Shown here one piece after another: positions 39,860 to 50,834 of a stretch of DNA of 55,128 nt. Position numbers and translations under genes: made by a program. Each line of letters begins with the position of its first letter. The stretch's first letter is position 1. The notes beneath the pieces are model-generated. The model made no database searches and was not told the DNA's origin. It saw nothing but the letters and a program-made list of their open reading frames with translations. This DNA is from Vezdaea acicularis (lineage: Eukaryota): the NCBI GenBank assembly GCA_026025075.1, contig JAPEUI010000051.1, positions 62,001 through 117,128 of the forward strand, read 5' to 3'.

Positions 39860-41768
39860 CTAAGAAATCTCATCCATCCCCTCGTCACCCCCATTAGCAG
39901 CTCCATCCATAGCACCATTCGCACCCGCGTTCTCCACGCCAGCAGGCCCGGTGCTAGTGACAAAATAATCGTCCATCTCGACGTCGAGCTCGGCGGCAGT
40001 CTTTGGCTTCGGCTTGGGACGACCGGCGTTGCGGCCGCGGACGCCGCGACCGCGGCCTCGACCGCGGGTGGAGCTGGCGGCGGAAGCTTTCTTGTCGGTG
40101 GCGGGCTTGGGCTGGGCTTTCGGCTGGCTGTATACTTGTTAGTCCTTGGATTTTTGATATGCAGGTTTAAAAGCTTTAGAAGGGGGCTTACGTGACGCGC
40201 TCGCTCAAGGCTTTAGCTGGAGCTGGGGCGGGGGCGTGTTGGGCGTCGAGGACGACTTCGATCTGTGGAGGACTCAGCGCAAACTTCTTCTCGGATAAAA
40301 GAGATAGACCTACCTTGATTGGGCGTTGATCAACCTTTACTCCGTTTAGTTGGGACATGGCTTTGTCGGCAGCATCAGAGCGGAAGAAGGTGACCATGGC
40401 GATCCCACGGCTCTGTCCATTGGGCCCGTAGGTGATTTGAACTCTCTTAACGGGAGCAATGGCTTTGGCGAAATAATCCTAAAAGGTAGAAAACGAGGGT
40501 TCGGGTTAGTCCAACGGTCTCCTAAAGGTTTGTTTTGAGCGCGGCGTTCGAGTACGACGGGGGATAGACGGTGAAAGATGATGGCACGACTTCTCGACTG
40601 CGCTCCACCTGAGATGACCTTCACTCGATACGCAACTCAAGATTACACAACCCATCCATCAGCGAGCGAGCAGTGAGAGTTAGTAAACCGTTAGTATCCT
40701 ATCTCGATATGGTCCACTTCCGACGTGGTATGGTGCGTATGGCGGGTAACAGAGCAATTTCCCAGCTCCTCGACTTCCTCTCAAGCTCTTTAACCTGGTC
40801 CTGATCCGACAGTCCAATTGTTGTCCATCTAAGCTTTTCGAAAATAGTCGCTGGTCGTATGTATCAAATGTAGAAAAAGGCGATTCCTCGAGCAAATTCT
40901 ACTAGGCCCGAGTACATACTTCATCGAACCATGTTGATCATACGAAAGGAAGGATAACCCTTGATCAAACTTTGAAGTCCTCAAGTCGAGGCGATTTCTG
41001 ATAACATCCAAGTTATAGTGTTGCTGAACCAGAGCTGGTAGCTAGTATGTCCAGTACTGCTGTGCTAGACTGCTTGTTCTCACTGCTTCGCTCGCTGATT
41101 CTTTGAAAGTCGCGAGCCACTCGAATCGTCGATACCAAGAGACAGAGAGAGGGAGAAAGAGGTATGCCCCTTAAGGCACTACCGCGAGGCCAAGCCAACT
41201 GCACCAAGCTGCTTTACGCAAGTCATGGGTTTACGCACGGCAGCGACATTTCTCAGCTTCATAACAAGACTCTGCATCAGGCTTATAGAGAAGCGAGCAA
41301 GAGCATATGAAGGAGGTAGTCATTTTACGGCAAGCTCCAGCATGAAAAGGATATCGAAAGCCATGAATGGCAGTCGATCATGACGTCGCATGAATCGAGA
41401 ATTTCAATGTACGTTGTCGACGAAAACTCCAAAGGCTTGTTGGGCCTCATCAGTTACATACCTTAATCTGGGTCTCGCTAACATCGGTGGGCTGGGAAAG
41501 TGGTCAGTACATGGCTCCAAACCTTGGACAAAATGACATAACATACCAGTTGGCTAACGATAACCTTGCTATCACCCTTGGCGGCTGGGCCGGTCGGTAC
41601 TACATTCTTCTTTGGAACCTTGGTAGCCTTCTGAACACCACCTACAGGAGCCACGGTGCGGCCTTTACTAGGTCTAGCTCCACGTCGGGCTCCGCGACCT
41701 CCACGCACACCAGCCTTACGGTTCGATCCGAGGATATCCTCGAGCGACTGATCGAGCTTTCCAGACAT
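39860..41768 (-). CDS. YRA1: mRNA export adaptor / RNA annealing protein Yra1 (ALY/REF family)
   Basis: REF-N box MSGKLDQSLEDIL; RRM; REF-C box KTAAELDVEMDDYF. Exons 41768-41547, 41491-41462, 40478-40314, 40262-40192, 40127-39860. Confidence 0.95.
40479..41461 (-). other. YRA1: 983-nt YRA1 intron, probably regulatory
   Basis: GTATGT donor at 41461; GACTAAC branch and TAG acceptor at 40479. It splits TQIK|DYF and is far longer than the other introns here, which are about 50-200 nt. Confidence 0.9.
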
Positions 41769-43394
41769 CTTTACAAGGGCTGACCGGATTGTAGTCTCAA
41801 AGGGTTTGTGTGAAACGCTGGCAGACTTGAAAGCGCGTTTGAAGTCTGTAATAATCGTTCAAGTCGCGTCTTCGAGCGGTAGCTGATGTTGACGAATGGA
41901 GACTTGGTCGGCAGGTGTGAATAATTCGTCGGTTCCTGAAAATGGGAGCTGCAAGCCGGTGATGAAAAGAATCTGACTTGTGTTCGGACGTTTGTCGCGT
42001 CGTTGCTTGTTCGCTGTTGGCAGCCTTGTCGGAGAATGACGGACTAACGCCTTGTTTGTCAAAGATGGTAGACTTCTCTTCGAAGCCGAGTGTCGAAAGG
42101 ATTAGTGAAGAGTGGTAGAGTAGAAGGCAAGTCTTGTGGGAAAGGAATTTTTATAACGATCAAGGATAGTTGGACTTGTGTTGATGCCGAGTAAGTGTTG
42201 ATGAATGGCGAGGGAGATGGAGAGAAGGAAGACGCAAGCGCAGGAAAAACCCACAGGAGACGTTTTAGCGAGAGGTTCGCGCTAAGCCCTTTTGGATCAA
42301 CGTAGCACGTGGGTTCTCATTCATGCTCAATAGGTCATATTCTCTTCAAGGCTCTTCGTAGGTTTCATAGTCTTTAGTAGTACTAGTATTCTTTACAGAT
42401 TAGTCTAGAGTCTTTGAACAGATTATCTATATAGGTAACGAGCACCTTTGAACGAAAATGAGTTCATGGATGACGCGCCATCCTTGATGCCCCTTCAAAG
42501 GCACGAGCACCCTTTACTGTTCAGGGATATCATGCAAAGCCTACGCCAGATGTATTATACAAGCACGGCTGCGGAAAAGCCCGAGATAATTTGGCGGCGC
42601 TGTTGAGTAGTTCTAACCAAGCCTCGTTTGTATATGCCACAACTCCGTCTTGTTACGTCGAAGAAAGGACCATTCCCAAGCCCACGTTACACTTTTTATG
42701 ACCGTGGTCCAACCCTGGCTCTTCCTTGCGATGCTGGGCCTGCGTCTGCTTTCTTTTCGTTCGCAAATGTCTCGTCTTTGGCGTTGACCTCTAAGAAATG
42801 ATATAGAACAATGAGAAGCATGGAAGCGGATCCTAAAAAGATCGCAAGGCTATACAGTTGCGTATCTGAGATCATCTTGGGATCGCTTGGCTGAAGGTGA
42901 AAGGGTAAGAAGCTGTATGAAGGTCGCGTTGGCGCCGTCGAATTTACACTTTAAGAGAAACTGTAAGAATTGTAAGCAGAGAATACGGAGGGATAAATTC
43001 TCAAGAGCGCATACTATTTCGTGGGCTGTATATGGATCGACCAGGTATTTTTGAAGGATTGCAATGGCTGATGGCGTGAAGTAGATGATATGCCTTCTTC
43101 GCTCGAGCCAGGTCTCCAAAAGAGCGAAATGCCAAGCCTTAACTTATGTAAGCAATTTCGAGCACTCGGGTCATGGTTCTCTGCGCAGCCCCACCAGAAG
43201 TATTTCGGTTTAACGTTGCCTCTTAATTATCCCCTTCACAACATAAGAAGCGTCTGCTTTGCAACACTGCACTACACCGACGCTCATTTAAGGCTCACTT
43301 GAAGTGCATGATTTTTACCCGTCCTACACTGTCCTTCCACAAAACACCACTATAAACCCAGCCCAAGAGCCCGACATCCGTTCAACCTTTCAAG

Positions 43395-44747
43395 ATGGCG
43401 CCCAAAAAGGATGCCGCGGGCAAGAAGGCTGGGGGTACGAAATTAGTAGAAGACAAAGTAAAGTTTGCCCCCCACTTTATAGATGGATGCACGCTGATTT
43501 CTTGCCCATAGACATTTGGTATGAAAAACGTGAGTCATTGCCACAATGGTCAAGGTGTACCTCTACGGCGCCTTACACGCAGACCTGGCCGGCTTTTCTA
43601 GTTTGTCCAGTGTCCTGATTTCAAATAGAAAAAAGGGGGGAGCGCCAAAAAGCAGATCGCCCAACTACAATCGCAAGTAGCGAGTTCGAAAACACCCGAA
43701 CAGAAACGAAAGGATGCAGAGAAGGCGCAGCGAGAGGCAGAAAAGAAGGCCTCAGAAGCCGCCAAGAAGGAGGCTGCGGACCTGTTCAAACCTCTTCAAG
43801 TGCAGAGGGTTCCGTTCGGCGTCGATCCCAAGACGATAGTTTGTCAATATTATAAAAAGGGCACGTGCGAGAAAGGCAAGAAATGCAAATTCTCTCACGA
43901 CCTAGCAGTCGAGCGGAAAGCCGAGAAAAAGAACTTGTACGTTGATGAGAGGGAGGATGGAGAAAGGAAAGACAAAAAAGACGAGGGCATGGATGACTGG
44001 GACGAGGAGCAACTACGTGCAGTGGTACTCTCCAAGGCTGGTAACCCTAAAACAACAACGGACAAAGTGTGCAAGTATTTCATTGAAGCTGTGGAGAACG
44101 GCAAATACGGATGGTTTTGGCAATGTCCGAATGGCTCAGATAAGTGCATGTACCAGCACAAGCTGCCTCCAGGGTAAGTCTACACAGTCTGAGAACGGGA
44201 CTGAGACAGTCACAGCCTCTACTTTACCTGTCATTTGATCCCCTACAGACGGGTAGGGCTGAAAGCAGGCGTACGGATGGCTTTGGATCACCTGGCTAAC
44301 CATACAACATCTAGATTTATACTGAAGACCAAGGAACAACGCGCAGCAGAGAAGGCTCTTATGGATAAATCGCCACTAAAGACCCTGACGCTAGAGGATT
44401 TCCTCGAGACCGAACGACAAAAGCTTTCGGGGAATCTCACCCCTGTCACGCCAGAAACCTTTGCAAAGTGGAAAAAGGAGAGGCTGGATAAGAAAGCAGC
44501 CGAGGACGAAGCCCGAAGGGCGAAAGATGCCACAGGAAGAGCAATGTTTGAGAAAGGGGATTGGGAAGTATCAGAAGACGAAAGCGAAGAAGACGACGAT
44601 GATGACGATGATACATGGAACCTCAACGCTCTCCGGGAACAGACAGAAGCTGCTGCTGCTAAGAAAGAAGCAGACCGAATAGCAAGCGGGGGTGCGCGAG
44701 ACGAAGGATACACAAATGGGACGAACGGAGTCCATGATGGAGATTGA
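43395..44747 (+). CDS. TMA46: Translation machinery-associated protein 46 (ZC3H15/DFRP1), tandem CCCH fingers
   Basis: MAPKK...[97 protein letters not shown]. Confidence 0.95.
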
Positions 44748-45648
44748 GATCATCATGTTCCGGTTACTCTTCATACATTGAAAGGGCGTACTGGACAGGG
44801 CACGAGCGTGTCGCGTGCGATTATGCTTACTTTAGCGTCATTGCGGGTAATTCCTTTTGGTCGCTACGCGATTGAGTCTCCGGCTGAGATACAAAGCATC
44901 TCGACGGTACCCAGCGTTAGCATACAGCGAGCCCATACGGGTACCATTGCATGGGGAGGCAATGGCACATAAAAGGTGTGCTATGATGTGATCTCCGATC
45001 ACTACATATTTAGCTAACAGCGGATGCAATTGATTGGTTGCCACATAAGCGATCTGATGTCTACCTTTGTTAGGCTCGGATGGGATTGCGGGAGGAGCAA
45101 GCTGTAGGAAAGCCATCCAGGCGCGAATTGCTTCTGATCTACTCTAAGCTATTAGGGGTTTCCCCGTTTAGAGGTAGCATTCTATCGTCATCAATTGGAT
45201 GACCCGACTGTGCTGGCTAGGCGTCCTCTCCGCCGTTGAAGTTCACATGTTCGTGGTGGGAGGATCGTCCGCGCGCGGAGTTCAGGCCTGCGAAGCCGAT
45301 ACAGAAGCGAAACGCAAGGGATCCAATCATCAGCCTGGGGCTTGCATCCAAGGCGCTGCACAGATAGCGACTCTGAGACGGCGCCCGCATACCGCGACCA
45401 ACTGCAGCCCGCCAACCCATGGACCCCATTCCCCCGCGCTCTCGTGCGCAGAGAAAATGACAACAACTCCACCACTCTATCTCTTCATATCTCCTCATTC
45501 ACTTTCCCCGCGATGCCGCTATCTTAGCCGCAGTCTTAATCTTATTTTTGCTCTTCCGAATTGCGTTCTGTGCGTCATTTAGTGTCACATATCCCGTTAT
45601 TTACTCGGCCTTCTGTTGATTCCCCGTCTTCCCCTCGTCGTACAAACA

Positions 45649-47936
45649 ATGGCGACAATCGTCGTACCCCGTCCACAGCCTACTCCACCTCCTCTAGCTC
45701 CTTCATTGACCCTCAACACATCGTCAGCTTCTGGCCCTGTTCCGGTCCCAAACAAGCACCTTCCTCTTTGTTCTCCCGGCTCTCCACCTCCCGTTACACC
45801 GGAAACACCTCCGGCGTCTCCGCCCAAGAACCTCTCGATACAGACTTCCTCAATCCTCTATCCTCCAGACGAATTCCCAATTGTTAACATCACCCCGCGT
45901 GTCTACTCGATTGACGGCGAAGGATTGACGGCAGCACTTGATCACCTGTCGTCGCAGCCTTTACCCGAAGCAAAGCAAGTCTTTCCCTGGTTACATGGCC
46001 TCCACGCCGATAATCAGGTTCAGCTCGCGTTCTTTGTTGCTCGTCGTAAAACGCTGAGGAGGATTCCAAAATGCATCAGAGGGGTGACAATTGTGAAGGC
46101 GGGCGGAGACCTAAGCCACTCGAAGTTGAAAGGCTCCATTGCTCCCGACGAGCTCTTACCTTTCGGAAAGGCGGCCGAAAATGGCTTCCTTGAGGTTGAC
46201 CCTAAGGAAGGCTTTTCAGTTCGAAACTTCCAGATCCAGGCCGCCAAATTAGCCATGTTGTCGGACATAGTCGTTTACGGAGACGACACTACAAGCAAGG
46301 AGGATGTTGTTCGCCTTGCTAAACGACTGTCCAAAGCTCAGGTTCTGTGGAGGTCAAGAAATGATCCAGGAGGGAAAGACTCCCTGACATTTCACACGTT
46401 CATACTATCAAGTAAGCGCTGGTCAGCTTTCATACGTTGATGCGTAGTGTTTGCCTTTTCATGATCCGCTAGAGCATATGGTGCTAATATCTTAATCGAC
46501 AGCTCCGTTTAAGGAGTTCGAATCCTCGTTTCCCCATCTTATTGCGATAGGTTCGAACAGGCAAGTGACAGGGAAGGTCATGGACTTCTGTAAGGACTAT
46601 TTTACTTGTGACTAGTCTCATGTGGTACTGGGCATTTCTCTAACCTACAGCAGTCCAATGGGAGCGATTGGAAATGTGCACAATGTCGAAATCGTCCGAG
46701 ATATCGAAGAACGTCTGGCTCGGTCCTACTCCAGAAGTAACGCCAGACCCCCGAGAATCCTCAAGATCGGGCGACGACGTGTTCGACGTTCTTATCGAAG
46801 CAAGTGACCTTGCTCAAATGCCAGACAGGAGAACTCTAGACCGTGTCGAAAATATCTTGGAGCAAACGGAGGAGCCTCAGTTCATCGAGTTTCCATCCTC
46901 CGGGTCTATCATGCCCCCTTCCTGGTCGCAGGCCGAGGCCGATGGGATTCTGGACACCTGCAGGTGGATATATGAGCTTGCCAATCCCAAGGAAGACGAG
47001 AGTGGCTTAGACGACAAGGATTGCGACGGCGACTCCATCATGGCTTGCCGCCTACCATCGCCATACAAGGTCCTCATCCACTGCACTGATGGTTATACTG
47101 AAAGCTCCCTGCTGGCATTAGCATACTACATGTATGCAGAGGGCGTTCCTGTTCACGAGGCGTGGCTACAATTGCACTGCGACAAAGGACGCAACTTCTT
47201 CGCATACGCATCAGACGTCGCATTACTGAGCAGCATCCAGCCTCGAATACTGCAAGAGAGCCCGCACACACCAAGTCATTTCTCGCTCTCAAAAGCGCCT
47301 GCGGAGCCGGCCTGGCTCTCGAAAATGGACGGCTCGCTCCCAAGTCGAATCCTCCCGTACATGTATCTCGGGAATCTTTGCCACGCAAACAATCCCGAGC
47401 TCCTTCGCGCGATTGGCATTCGTCGCGTGCTGAGCGTTGGCGAGGCGGTGTCTTGGTCGGCGGAAGAGCGCGAGAAATGGGGTGAGGACAACATCCTCTT
47501 CGTCGACCGCGTGCAGGACAACGGTGTCGACCCCCTGATGGATGAATTCGACCGCTGTCTATCCTTCATCGGTACGGACCTCCTTTTCCTTCCCTCTCTA
47601 GCTCCACACCCACATAACTAACTCTGCGCCCCAGAAAGCGGTAAGCTCGAGTCCACCGCAACGCTAGTCCACTGCCGCGTCGGCGTCTCCCGCTCCGCCA
47701 CCATCTGCATCGCGGAGGTGATGAACTCCATGGGCCTCTCCTTCCCGCGCGCCTACTGCTTCGTGCGCGCCAGGCGCTTGAACGTGATCATCCAGCCGCA
47801 CCTCCGCTTCTCGTACGAACTCCTGAAGTGGGAGGAACATCAGCAGCAGAAGCGCGGCCTGCCCCTCAAACGCGAGCTCGAGTGGGCCACCATCGCAAGG
47901 GAGATTGCGTTGATGAATCGGCCTTATTCGAGATAG
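45649..47936 (+). CDS. PPS1: Dual-specificity protein phosphatase Pps1
   Basis: VFPWLHGLH, FSVRNFQIQ, degenerate IHCTDGYTESS, PSRILPYMYLGNL, catalytic VHCRVGVSRSAT, RARRLNVIIQPHLRF. Three introns. Confidence 0.92.
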
Positions 47937-48894
47937 GGCTGGGTTTTGTTTGGCGTCGAAGGGTATCGTGGAGTTGGGGTGGAGTTGGGGCATGTCGGTT
48001 GAGGAAGAATTTGGATGGGTTGTCAAGGGGGCAGGAGGCGTTGGTGCCACGATATTAAACGATCTTCATGAATCACGGAGCCATCTATTCCACGTCTATC
48101 AGGGCGGGTTGTTAAGTGGATGGGGGCTCTTATGGCGTTTGTGTGTAAGTGGTTCTTGGGGCACAATATCCGTAACCGCTGGAACGGAAACGACTCCGTG
48201 GAAAGTAGGACTTGGGCTTGGGGGACTCGTTCGGGGAAGAAATATATTGGCGTTTTTACTATTTTTTTTTTCTTCCCTTGGTTCGGTCCGGGCGTTCCTG
48301 GCTTAGGTGGCATGGGGGTTATTATGAATGGTGGGTGCTGGTACTTGTATCAGTAACCGTACCCACATGAAATTAGATGGATATCCCGCATCACAACGCA
48401 CGTCTTAAGCCGCTGCGTGTCCCTCCCAGTCAAAAGATCATCGTGACTGCCAACAGCGGCGTAACTCCCCCTTTGCTAAGATGGTTGACTCTGACTCAGG
48501 AGTCATCAGCGACTCTAGACGCCTCTCGCAATGAAGTTACTGCTAACGCAAGTCGGGGAACGTGCAGAACCCCACCTCCGAAGACGGCGAACGCCGCCCC
48601 TACATAAGCGCGTATGCCTCCGTCCCCCCTCACCTGGCGCTGATCTCCTGCCCCCGCATCGACCAGGAAGTAACCGTTCCTCTGAGTCATAAGCGCGAAT
48701 CCAGCTTCCACATCAGCTGTTGCCGTGCGTCCCCCCTTTTCTTGAAGTAGAACAGACTACACCACACCCCCTTCTCCGCTCCCCCTTCTCTCTCCTCTCC
48801 ATCTGCACACAGGAAAAGAAACAACCAACCAACCGCCTTCACTTGCCCTACCCAACCTCCTTCTCGCTCAAAGAAACCCCCCCCTTCTCGAAGA

Positions 48895-49944
48895 ATGGTA
48901 AAATTCTACCCGGCCCTCCCCGCCACCCCGGACCTAACCTCCTGGCTCCTCGCCCAACCGCTCTTCTTCGTCTCCTCCGCGCCCCGCTCCGGCTCCCACA
49001 TCAACCTCTCCCCCAAAGGCCTCCCAAGTGCTTCCTTCCGCGTCCTCTCGCCCTCCCGCGTCGCCTATCAGGATGCCACCGGCAGCGGCTGCGAGACCAT
49101 CGCCCACGTCTATGAGAACGGGAGGGTCACGCTCATGTTCTGTGCGTTTGGGGAGAGTCCGAGGATCCTGCGCCTTTTCTGCTGGGGGCGGGTCGTGGAG
49201 CGCGGTGGAGGAGGAGAAGGAGAAGGGGCGGAGACGGAGAGGGAGGGGGAGGGGAGGGACGGGGGGAGGAGGGGGAAGAAGAGCAGGTGGATGAGCGCGT
49301 TGCGGGAGTGTGGCATGGAGGAGCAGCCAGGGGCGCGCGCCATCATCTTCTTGGATATCTGGAAAGTGCGCCAACCCTTTCCCCCCCCCTCACAAGCTTC
49401 TCTCCTTCTCCTTCTTCTTCTTCTTCCTTCCTCCGCGCTTCATCTCCATCCTAACAATTTCCGTATCCGTCTAAAGGTCCAAACTTCCTGCGGCTTCGGC
49501 GTGCCTAAACTCGCGCTCCTCCCTCCCCCCTCCTCCTCCTCCTCCTCCTCCACCACCCTTCCCCATCCAATCCTAACCGACCGCCCCACCCTCACCACCT
49601 TCAACCTCGCCAAACAAGCCACGAACGAGCTCCTCCCCTACCAGACCGCCAACAACGCCGTTTCCCTCGACGGGCTCGTCGGCCTCCACGCCGCCGTCCG
49701 CCGGCGTGGGCGCCGCGTCGGGCTCGAGCGCTGCAAAGCACGCGTCAGACATTTGCTCTGGGGACAGTGGGCGGGGTTGCTAGTGGGCTGGGTGGTGGGT
49801 GTGTTGGGGTTGTTGGCGGTGCAGATGGGGGAGGGGGGAAGGCTCGAGCTGGCGGGGGTGGTGGGCGGGCTGGTCTTGGGTTTGGGGTGGTGCTGTTGGG
49901 AGGGAGCGGAGTCGAAGGTGGAGAGTGTGGGGAGTGCGAATTAG
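48895..49944 (+). CDS. Pyridoxamine 5'-phosphate oxidase-like FMN-binding protein with C-terminal hydrophobic segments
   Basis: QPLFFVSSAP, HINLSPKG, DATGSGCETIAHVYENGRVTLMFCAF..PRILRLF, KVQTSCGFGVP, NAVSLDGL. Intron 49366-49476. Confidence 0.88.
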   Translation: MVKFYPALPATPDLTSWLLAQPLFFVSSAPRSGSHINLSPKGLPSASFRVLSPSRVAYQDATGSGCETIAHVYENGRVTLMFCAFGESPRILRLFCWGRVVERGGGGEGEGAETEREGEGRDGGRRGKKSRWMSALRECGMEEQPGARAIIFLDIWKVRQPFPPPSQASLLLLLLLLPSSALHLHPNNFRIRLKVQTSCGFGVPKLALLPPPSSSSSSSTTLPHPILTDRPTLTTFNLAKQATNELLPYQTANNAVSLDGLVGLHAAVRRRGRRVGLERCKARVRHLLWGQWAGLLVGWVVGVLGLLAVQMGEGGRLELAGVVGGLVLGLGWCCWEGAESKVESVGSAN

Positions 49945-50834
49945 GCTTTTATGGGAGGAGTTTTTGGTTGGGATTACGCTGGATGGATAGAGCAGGGGAT
50001 GGGATCGAGGGCACGACTACGATCACGGGCGTTCAGGGCGATACAGGGGAAAGGGTGGGACGGGTAACGCGTAGAGCTTCATTCATTCATTCAGTGCGGC
50101 TCGTATGAAACAGGGGGAGGGGGTTCTGAGATGTTGAGATGGGGATTGTGGATGGAGGGGATGGAGAGGATTGGTTCCAGGGTTGATGATACTATTGCTA
50201 ACAACAACAGCAGAAGCCAAGAATCGTGGCGGAAGAATTGGCTACATCGTGAAAGACATCGCCCGTCCACTGTTCTCTGCATGCCATCTCCCATCTCCAT
50301 CGCACGTAGCTTTCCTCGTACTCTCATTCTCCAACGAACCTCCCCCGCCCAACACACACACACACCACATCCACCCATCCACTAGACGAAGCACGCATCC
50401 ACCCCAATCACCCATCCCACAGCCACATACACACCCCCAAAAGAACAAGGTCGAAGCGAAGCGGAGGAAAAGCCCACCAAAAAGAAAAGTTGCCAGACGC
50501 CCATGAGAATCATTCTACAGAGAACATTTCTTTTTCCGGTCGCAAGCAAGCAAGCGAGCAATCGCATTCGTGTCTAGCGAGGAGAGGAAAGAAAAGAAGA
50601 CGAAGAACAAGAGTTGAAGAGGGGATATCTCGCCATATGGGGGAAAACCGACAAAACACCAGCCAGCGAGCGATCGCGGCGTTACGAGGAGGACAAGAAG
50701 AAGTCTCTGAGCAGCAGCAGCGCGCAAGAGGAGAGTGTGAGAGGGAGTCATATACACATATCCCGGAAGCAGAAGCGAGTCGGACCAAAGAGCAGAAGGC
50801 GCGGTCGACCAAAAACAGCGAAAGACGACGAAGG

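Noticed and set aside
41415..41455. Hammerhead-like CTGATGAG-GC...GCC at the 5' end of the YRA1 intron
   Set aside because: Stem II is followed by TTTG rather than the required GAAA, so the catalytic core is incomplete.
42400..43300. Possible gene between YRA1 and TMA46
   Set aside because: All frames close quickly and no consistent exon chain or homology is evident.
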